Source: a virus. Taken from it: a stretch of DNA of 64,000 nucleotides. Below are positions 57,901 through 64,000 of the stretch, in pieces. The stretch's first letter is position 1. Every line of letters starts with the position of its first letter. The stretch lies in the IMG/VR virus record IMGVR_UViG_3300045978_000284, positions 1 to 64,000 of that record. One strand, written 5' to 3'. The notes beneath the pieces are model-generated. The model saw only the letters and a program-made list of their open reading frames with translations, searched no databases and had not been told where the DNA came from. Made by a program: the position numbers and the translations under genes.

Positions 57901-60635
57901 CGCTGGCCGAGCAGGCGGGGCGCGCCATCGTCACGCGCTTCCTCTCGGCATTCGCAGAGGCCCAGCTCTCGGATCTCGCCAAGATGTTCCTGGGCCAGGG
58001 AGCCGCCCGCGGCTTCCCGACGCTGACGAGCATCGCCCCGTCGGGTGCCGCCGACGGCGGGGCTCCCACCACAGGCGGCATCCTCCCGGCGGCGGCGGCG
58101 ATCGCGCCCTTCGTGTCGAGTGGTCCGATCGCGCATCCGGCCGAGCCCTCGAGGCCGACGGGTGTCAGCGTACCCGCTGCGGTCCCGGCCGTCCCGGCGG
58201 AGCCCGTCGAGATTCCGGAGCCCGTCGCGATCCCCGCCGAACCCGCGGAGCCCGTCGAGATTCCGGAGCCCGTCGCGCTGCCCGCGCCGCCCATCGGCGT
58301 TGTCCAGCTTCCGCATCTTCTCGCGATTCCAGCCGATCCTCTGGCGCCCATCGACATCCCGGAGCCCATCGCCCTGCCCTCCGGCCCCCTGCTGCCGATC
58401 GAGATCCCGGAACCCATCGCGATTCCGTCGGATCCGCTCGTGCCGATCGAGATCCCCGCGCCCATCGCGCTCCCGGCGGGCCCGCTCCTCCAGGTCGAGG
58501 TCCCGGAGCCGATTGCGCTCCCGGCGGAGCCGGTCGATCTGACCGCGATGCCATCCGTGGCCACGGTGGCGCCGCCGCTGCTGCCAGAGTTCGTGGCCTT
58601 GTCGCCCGCGCCGACCCAGACGCCGCTTGGGTTGGCGGGTCAGATTGGCCAGCTCGCCCGCATCCTCACGGGCGGCCTCGTGGGAGGTCAGCGCCAGCCG
58701 ATCGCCGTCCCGCCTGACCTGATCAGCGCCTTGGTCCTGCCCGGAGCGGCCGTGCCAGGCGCGCAGGCCGTCTCCGGCCCCATGGAGCCGATGGGGCAAG
58801 GCTTCGCCTTCCCAGACGTCAGCCAGTACAGCTTCGGACTGGGCCGCGTCACGGCGCCACAGGTGGGGACCCCCGTCGTCCCTCGTGCACCGGCCACTGG
58901 GTTCTCGGGATTCGTCGAGGGGCTGGGAACGTCGGTGCGCGGGTTCCTCGGCACGCCGATCTCGCAGTTCTTCGGCGGCGGGACGTCCGCGGCCGCCCAG
59001 GCGCGGCAGCTCCAGAGCATGGACGCGTTCGCCACGTTCGACGAGATGGGCACGGCGATGCCCTCCCAGACACCTGGGTTCCAGTCCATGACGCGGTTCG
59101 GCGAGTTCGGCGAGATCACGCCTTCGGTGTCGGCCGCCGGCGCTGGGAGTGGCTTCGACCTGACCGCGGCGCTGCAGTCGCTGACCGTGGGCCAGGGGCT
59201 CGGCCTCGCGCTCTCCTCGGTGACCTTCGGTGTCGGCCTCTACTCGGCCTACCAGTCGGGATCGCCCCTGGCGGGCACGATCACGGGCGGGCTCTCTGGC
59301 GCGGCCCTGGGCGGCCAGCTGGCGGCCACGGGCCTCGTCCCGGTGGCCAGCTCGACGGCCGGCGCGATCGGGGCGGGCGTGGGCGCCGCGGCGGGGCTCG
59401 CGCTGGCGCTCGCCGGTCGGGCCAAGACGAAGCAGGAAAAGCGAACAGCTATCAACCGGACGCGGCGCATGGGGGCCTATGCCACGGGAGCCGCGCGCCT
59501 CGTCCGCCGTCTGGCGCAGGGGCTGGACGAGGCGGTCGACCGGGCGAACGAGGAGGTCCAGAACGCCGCGAAGAACGCCACCCTGGCGAAGCCGGTCGCG
59601 GTGCTCGACGAGTATCTACGGACGCACGTCGTCGGCGATCTGGGCGACCCCGGCTACACCATGACCAACGGGTGGAAGACCTTCGGCGGCACGATGAAGG
59701 GCATCACGGGCGAGATCCAGTACGGCCAGGCGATCGCTTTCAAGGACCCGCTGCCGAAGGGGTGGGGCATCCGCCCGGGCGGCCGCGTGATCGACCCGGA
59801 CCCGAGGTTCGATGTCATCCTGCACGAGGCCGACCTCGGGGCCGGCACGCCCCCCACAGAGTTCTGGGGCTACGCGGACGCCGGCGACGTGGTCACGGTG
59901 CTGGCTGAATACGTCCGGGTGCGGGAGAGGTTTCAGGAGATGCAGGACCGACTCGACCTGGAAGCGGCGGGCGACCGCCTGACGGCAGCGGCGGAAGCGG
60001 CGGACGAACACGTGGCGGCCATGGCCAAGCTCGCCTATGGTCAGCCGCGCGCGGCGGCGATCTTCTTCGAGTCGCTCCGGGGCGGCCAGGTGGCCGGACT
60101 GCCCCTCGGCGGCGTGATCCGGAAGCTCGCCCAGCTCAACCTGGCCGGTCGCTTCGGGCAGGACTGGCCGGTCGATGCCGAGCTGCAGGGCCTCGCGGAC
60201 GACGAGCGCCTGGGTCCCGCGGTGGATGTGCCGGACTCGTTCATCGCGGCGGACAATCTGGGGCGCCTCCGGTCGATCGTGGAGGGCGCCCGCCGCGGGC
60301 GCGAACAGCTGGACGAGGCAGACGCGGACCTGCGCGCCCAGTTCCAGGAAATCGGTGAAAAGGCCCCCATCGCCTATGATGAACGCTCGACCGTGGGGGG
60401 CGTGACCAGGCGGACGTACTTGCCGTTCCAGGCGCGGCCGGGCGGACCGGCCGACGACGTGTATGAAGCGCCCCGGGGCCAGCAGTTCCTCGTCAGCGGC
60501 CAGCAGCTCGGCTCGCTCGGACTCACGGACGATCAGGTGTCGGATCTGATCAAGCACATCCGCGAAGTGGCAGGCCGCCGGGGCATGGTGATGGACCTCG
60601 GGTCAGATGATTTCATGATGACCGGCCTCGGCTGA
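54906..60635 (+). CDS. Tape measure protein (1909 aa)
   Basis: Very long Ala/Gln/Glu helical protein, WRDNAT N-terminus, glycine-zipper TM segments; follows the chaperones. Confidence 0.88.
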   Translation: MPDERLMYEVQATWRDNATQGIREFQQQLATTTKNTVDWMATTRDAIPIAGQLQQRWNEVALAMRNVAPSIAQTMTNLTSLHGVIQLGARLITDRITATNKAAESQAQWNISIRSMTMDAFEAELASANRSLEEFTVRSESFLGRLVNAWTDAKKKFQEGQTTREQFQAAQQQFNEAFTLRELPQLQIRDQLEMLAIQRRMAEAKRDASRTEQEAAQHERERVLIMRQQRELQLELERIELRRQIAASQAMGQTARAEYYQGRLARVDQAGVAAQQIEDLERQPRRGTVTGTGTVSFREGRQLIAPAVAALAPEFAGPVFQGAQALRLGGFVAASGAMGAGIALGAIGVGVTALAAYMNAANEAAQAQAALNLAVRSFDVSGLHSQLRSLHGDLELIDVRAESITGHFVNMSAAFYKFLTGMPTERELFVQRAAALSAIFAETEGAAATARANQAIIGGQQAGVGAQLEEARFRRGLAVSPGAIAGAVGVERGLMQRQTELEVQSLNEQLRELEAQRRSRLKPIEDLIRRFENIPGGDMGERAGQMSRDIEARLRWEMRTGFRDPALPRLREEQQTMARAARAGGLEQLRTSAEEEFEGRRQQLIMQRAAVEERGATARRGLDIELQLGNLQRIQEGLQSIISARTLLSQGTIEGARYERGRAIIPQDIERAGAIERAEIVQTLDLESWTLRNQLTQLDEERKLRGSEPYGRREALETQLDALARRRLNVLQQFDDRLQAERQAMIEAIRVREQQGELLLDSALYGAVSPLAQQQAEEYGQRIMAGQELQRTYNLPAIMEQLQGRIPEALRERLGRAAPAIAPMEISQIQREMDFRAQQEQYRLAGRDREIQARQEQFQALYQMGQITQPEMSRAEIAGMAEQVDVLTDRIRELNRQRDALADTSQNQAQREALVEETRKTTAEIERLYRDMIVSIKEVGDQEDPFAGVIKGLQDVASGAEQWGTRMRSIVQGTASDLGGFMSNSFFTVVDEGFKGLGPLAEQAGRAIVTRFLSAFAEAQLSDLAKMFLGQGAARGFPTLTSIAPSGAADGGAPTTGGILPAAAAIAPFVSSGPIAHPAEPSRPTGVSVPAAVPAVPAEPVEIPEPVAIPAEPAEPVEIPEPVALPAPPIGVVQLPHLLAIPADPLAPIDIPEPIALPSGPLLPIEIPEPIAIPSDPLVPIEIPAPIALPAGPLLQVEVPEPIALPAEPVDLTAMPSVATVAPPLLPEFVALSPAPTQTPLGLAGQIGQLARILTGGLVGGQRQPIAVPPDLISALVLPGAAVPGAQAVSGPMEPMGQGFAFPDVSQYSFGLGRVTAPQVGTPVVPRAPATGFSGFVEGLGTSVRGFLGTPISQFFGGGTSAAAQARQLQSMDAFATFDEMGTAMPSQTPGFQSMTRFGEFGEITPSVSAAGAGSGFDLTAALQSLTVGQGLGLALSSVTFGVGLYSAYQSGSPLAGTITGGLSGAALGGQLAATGLVPVASSTAGAIGAGVGAAAGLALALAGRAKTKQEKRTAINRTRRMGAYATGAARLVRRLAQGLDEAVDRANEEVQNAAKNATLAKPVAVLDEYLRTHVVGDLGDPGYTMTNGWKTFGGTMKGITGEIQYGQAIAFKDPLPKGWGIRPGGRVIDPDPRFDVILHEADLGAGTPPTEFWGYADAGDVVTVLAEYVRVRERFQEMQDRLDLEAAGDRLTAAAEAADEHVAAMAKLAYGQPRAAAIFFESLRGGQVAGLPLGGVIRKLAQLNLAGRFGQDWPVDAELQGLADDERLGPAVDVPDSFIAADNLGRLRSIVEGARRGREQLDEADADLRAQFQEIGEKAPIAYDERSTVGGVTRRTYLPFQARPGGPADDVYEAPRGQQFLVSGQQLGSLGLTDDQVSDLIKHIREVAGRRGMVMDLGSDDFMMTGLG
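58194..58540 (+). repeat. Seven ~16-aa Pro-rich tandem repeats inside the tape measure protein
   Basis: PAEPAEPVEIPEPVAL, PADPLAPIDIPEPIAL, PSGPLLPIEIPEPIAI, PSDPLVPIEIPAPIAL, PAGPLLQVEVPEPIAL and similar. Confidence 0.9.
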
Positions 60636-62821
60636 TGCCGGTCGCCGACGTCGAGTACTTCGGGTTCGGCGCGGTCACGCCGGGGGGCACCGGCCAGTCG
60701 GAGTTCCACGTCACGAACCTCAATTCGAGCGGTCCGGGCTCGCTGCGCGATGCGGTGTCGGCGAGCAACCGCTTCATCGTCTTCGACGTCGCGGGCGAGA
60801 TCCCGGTGCTCTCGGGTCCCGGGGAGAACGAGATCCGGGTCCTGGGCGACCACATCACCATCGCGGGCGAGACCGCGCCCCAGCCTGGCATCACTATCAC
60901 CGGGCGCGGCATCATCATGCGCGGTGACCTCGGAGCCCACGACGTGATCTGTCGCTACCTGCGGATCCGGAACGTCCTGTTCGACTGCATGCAGCTCTTC
61001 CGGGGGGCGTACAACATCGTCCTGGACCATCTCTCGCTCCGGCGCGCGGACGACGGCGCGTGCGACATCTCCGGGGACGCTCAGAGCAACGACCCGTCCA
61101 GGACCACCTACAACGTCACCCTGAGCAACTGCTTCCTGCACACCGGGTCGACCAGCAACAAGACCCAGCTCATCGGCTACCGGTCCAAGCGGATCTCGGT
61201 CTGGCGCAACCTCTACCGCGGCAACCAGCGGAACCCCCAGTACAAGTGGAACCCCACGGACTCGGAGTTTCTCGAGGACCCCCAGGTCGTCATGGGACCT
61301 CCGCCGGACGATACCTGCCTCGACTTCCGGAACAACCTGATCTGGGAGTGGGTGACGCAGGGCAGCTGGCTGCACCACGAGGGGCTCGGCAACTTCGTCG
61401 GCAACTACTACAGCGCGCCCAGCCGACCCAAGAGCGACCAGGTGCACGCCCTGACCATCGGGGACCCCGACCTCATCACCGGCACGGCGACGGATCGCCG
61501 CGAGGGGTTTGCCTTCTGCTATGAGAACTTCTCGGCGGACAACCTCAGCTTCGAGCTCGACTCCCGCGGGAACAAGGCCACCCCGTACCCCACGACAGAG
61601 CTCCCGATCCTGGATCCCTGGGCCTCCGCGTCCCTGGTACGCCAGTCCGCTGGCGTGGTGCCCGTCTTTCCCCGCGATGCCGAGGAGCAGGCCATCGTCG
61701 ATTCGATCGTCCTGCAGGGGCGCCCGCGCCAGCCGGTCGTCCAGATCATCCCGACCTTCGCGGCGAGCCGGGCCCGGTGGAACGGCATCACGTTCGATCT
61801 CCCGGAGCGCACGGTGGAGGCCGCGCCGGCGATCACGGCCATCCGGGGCGTCAACGCGCTGCAGAGCGGGCATCGCGAGTACCTCTTCTCGCGTTACGAC
61901 TACACGGCGCGCGTCGATCTCCTGCTGGAGAGCCCGGAGTACCAGGCGTTCCGGATGTTCTGGGAGCAGACGGCCGGACCCGGGGGCGCGTTCGAGTTCT
62001 GGCTCGATCGCTGGGTGGGCAGCGCGTGGAGCTTCGAGCGCACGCTGGCGGACCAGAACGGCCTGGTGCTGACCATGCGGAATGCCCCCAGCCGGATCCC
62101 CTACGCCGAGGTGGGCGAGGGGCGAGGCGTGGTCCTGAGCGGCAACCGAGACCTGAGCGTCTTCACGGCCCAGGCCTCTGCGCCACAGCCCACGAACTAC
62201 GACGACCCGTTCGATTATCGCGAGGGCATCGTGGCGGTGCGCGTGCGACCGGCCTTCGCGGCAATGGACAGCTCCACGCGGGTCTTCGTGGACACCGAGG
62301 AGAGCCTGTCGCCGCCCGGTTCGAACCGGCTCCTGCTCTGGAAGACCGCGGACAACCACGTGCGCTTCGATGTCTGGGACGGCACAGGCCTGAACCGCCG
62401 CGTGTACCACGTCCTCACGCCCGGCGTGGATACGTGGGAGGCCGGCCAGGGGCTCGAGCTGGTGGCGCGCTGGGGCGCGGACGGTACCCTGACGGCGTGG
62501 TACGCGGTGGATGCCGGCACGTTCATCAAGATGGAGCAGCTGGACGTGACGGGGAACGGCTTGATGTCGGCGCTCCCGCCACGACTCCTGATCGGGGCCC
62601 GCAACGACCAGAGCGGTCGCGCGGCCGGGACCTACGAGAGCGTCACGTTCTGGAAGCGCGCCTGGTCGGGGGACACGCCGTGGCGCCTGTTCGCGGCGCG
62701 CCGCCCCGTGTGGCGCAACTACTACGGCCGCGGTGAGCTGCTCTCGGCGGAGTTCGAGCCCGACCGTCCCGTGCTCAGCCGCCACCTCTGGCGCGTGACC
62801 GTCAACCTGCGCTCGGTATGA
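60635..62821 (+). CDS. Tail protein: N-terminal pectate lyase (PL1-like beta-helix) fused to a Dit-like/LamG-like domain
   Basis: GFG..TPGG..HVTNLNSSGPGSLRDAV..IVFDVAGEI..ITIAGETAP..YLRIR..DHLS..DDG..RNP; C-terminal half paralogous to the next gene. Confidence 0.85.
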   Translation: MPVADVEYFGFGAVTPGGTGQSEFHVTNLNSSGPGSLRDAVSASNRFIVFDVAGEIPVLSGPGENEIRVLGDHITIAGETAPQPGITITGRGIIMRGDLGAHDVICRYLRIRNVLFDCMQLFRGAYNIVLDHLSLRRADDGACDISGDAQSNDPSRTTYNVTLSNCFLHTGSTSNKTQLIGYRSKRISVWRNLYRGNQRNPQYKWNPTDSEFLEDPQVVMGPPPDDTCLDFRNNLIWEWVTQGSWLHHEGLGNFVGNYYSAPSRPKSDQVHALTIGDPDLITGTATDRREGFAFCYENFSADNLSFELDSRGNKATPYPTTELPILDPWASASLVRQSAGVVPVFPRDAEEQAIVDSIVLQGRPRQPVVQIIPTFAASRARWNGITFDLPERTVEAAPAITAIRGVNALQSGHREYLFSRYDYTARVDLLLESPEYQAFRMFWEQTAGPGGAFEFWLDRWVGSAWSFERTLADQNGLVLTMRNAPSRIPYAEVGEGRGVVLSGNRDLSVFTAQASAPQPTNYDDPFDYREGIVAVRVRPAFAAMDSSTRVFVDTEESLSPPGSNRLLLWKTADNHVRFDVWDGTGLNRRVYHVLTPGVDTWEAGQGLELVARWGADGTLTAWYAVDAGTFIKMEQLDVTGNGLMSALPPRLLIGARNDQSGRAAGTYESVTFWKRAWSGDTPWRLFAARRPVWRNYYGRGELLSAEFEPDRPVLSRHLWRVTVNLRSV

Positions 62822-63900
62822 TTCTCCCGTTCCAGCCGACCTTCTCGTACCCGCGGATCCGCTGGACGCCCCAGGGGACCTCGACGGCGATCCTGCTCGA
62901 TCTCGCCGAACAGGCCACGGAGCACTCGGCGAGCACGACCTCCCAGCGATCGACCAACATCGTCCAGGGCGGCAAGGGGGAGTACCTCTTCGCGCGGAAT
63001 GAAGAGATCCAGCGCGTGGCCTTCTTCTTCGAGGATGCGGACTACATGGCCCTGCGCACATTCTTCGAGACCCATGGCGGTCTGGGGCGGCCCTTCGAGC
63101 TGTGGGTGGACCGCTATCAGGGCAGCGTCTGGCACTTCGAGTGGAGCCTGGCGGACCAGAACGGCCTCACCTGGTCGCCCGTCGGATTCACGCCGAGCGT
63201 GGCGTCCTACGAGTGGGCGTTCCGGGGCCGCGGCATTCGGCTGGCCACCTCGCAGTACCTCACGATGAACTCCGTCCAGTCGACCGCCACACCGAACCGG
63301 ACGGGCTATGACGATCCCCTGATCAAAGAAGAGGGCATCGTCGTGGTCGACTGCAAGCCCTCATTCCCGTCCGGGGACGGTGTCCAGCACTCGTTCTTCC
63401 AGGCCTACACCAGCCCGGACACTGGGAAGAACGCGATCTATTTCTTCAAGGACACGAGCAATTTCCTGAACTGGTATTTCTTCGACGCAGCCGGCGTCGA
63501 CAAGCGCCGCTTTGCCGCGGCCGTGTGGAATACCAACGAACGGCTGACGCTCGTCGGACGCTGGACCGCAACGGGCGATCTCTCGGCCTGGTTCTCGGTC
63601 AACGGGGCGTCGTTCCAGGAGTTCACGGGCGCGGCCGGAGCGGGCACGGGGATCCTGTCGACGCAGCCGGCGACCCTCGACGTCGGCGGCACGGCCGAGG
63701 GCCTCTATGACTCGCTGGCGATCTTCAAGTTCGCCTGGCCCAACGATGCGCCGTACCGGGTCCTGGCCAACCACTTCCCGGCGTACCGCAACTACTGGCC
63801 CTATGCCGAGCTGGTGACTAACGAGTTCAACCCGCAGCGCGTGTACAAGACGCGGCACCTGTGGTCCTGGTCGCCGCTCATCCGCAACGGCGCGGCCTGA
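62818..63900 (+). CDS. Distal-tail-like protein with a LamG/concanavalin-like insertion
   Basis: Shares EYLF.R, FE.W.DR..GS.W.FE..LADQNGL, YDDP...EGIV, RNY with the previous gene. Confidence 0.65.
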   Translation: MILPFQPTFSYPRIRWTPQGTSTAILLDLAEQATEHSASTTSQRSTNIVQGGKGEYLFARNEEIQRVAFFFEDADYMALRTFFETHGGLGRPFELWVDRYQGSVWHFEWSLADQNGLTWSPVGFTPSVASYEWAFRGRGIRLATSQYLTMNSVQSTATPNRTGYDDPLIKEEGIVVVDCKPSFPSGDGVQHSFFQAYTSPDTGKNAIYFFKDTSNFLNWYFFDAAGVDKRRFAAAVWNTNERLTLVGRWTATGDLSAWFSVNGASFQEFTGAAGAGTGILSTQPATLDVGGTAEGLYDSLAIFKFAWPNDAPYRVLANHFPAYRNYWPYAELVTNEFNPQRVYKTRHLWSWSPLIRNGAA

Positions 63901-64000
63901 TGCGGCGCGAATCCTCACGGTACCGCCTGGAGCGCCAGCGGATGGCCACCCGCCCGGTGGCCTTCGTCGTCTTCAGCGTGGTCCCGAACATGCTCGACCA
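63900..64000 (+). CDS. Start of the next tail protein (truncated by the window edge)
   Basis: TGATG coupling; open to the end of the window. Confidence 0.5.
   Translation, partial: MRRESSRYRLERQRMATRPVAFVVFSVVPNMLD

Noticed and set aside
1673-63061. Many long minus-strand and alternate-frame ORFs (e.g. 1673-3613, 7062-9167, 26493-29189, 39373-42369, 55452-58799, 55073-58717, 60533-63061)
   Set aside because: Shadow ORFs of high-GC3 genes: stop-poor frames, Arg/Pro/Gly-rich or antisense-typical composition, no recognisable motifs
1-64000. Alternative genetic code or stop-codon readthrough explaining the polyproteins
   Set aside because: The long ORFs are uninterrupted in the standard code and genes end at TGA, TAG and TAA with tight coupling

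Overview
A ~64 kb stretch of a high-GC tailed-phage (siphovirus-like) genome or prophage, almost entirely on the + strand. From left to right it holds: (1) an early/replication region with ParB, an SF2 helicase, tRNA-His, a ~350 nt structured non-coding leader containing a tRNA-like cloverleaf, a lambda-O-like initiator with four iterons, a DUF6475 loader and a HerA-like ATPase; (2) an intein-containing adenine-methyltransferase-like gene plus a second ParB-like gene; (3) many small hypothetical and Zn-ribbon genes; (4) small and large terminase (the large one has an intein), VRR-NUC and HNH; (5) a Mu-like head module, then neck, tail tube, tape measure and a pectate-lyase-bearing tail protein. 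The most unusual feature is in the head region. The portal (portal-cargo-2H phosphoesterase-MuF fusion), a free 1047-aa polyprotein (GNAT-like + HAD + PD-(D/E)XK nuclease + PI3/4K/HipA-like kinase), the prohead protease and a following 638-aa protein are built from modules. The modules are delimited by L-[A/S]-[E/D/N/G] motifs, which also saturate the scaffold but are absent from the major capsid protein. Most modules start with one of two repeated short tags (acidic-C-x-W-x-x-I-x-G-x-x-[VI]-C, four copies; NPYR-x2-3-G-x-FT, three copies). My inference is a protease-processed, capsid-packaged effector cargo system. All assignments come from motif recognition by eye; no database searches were run.
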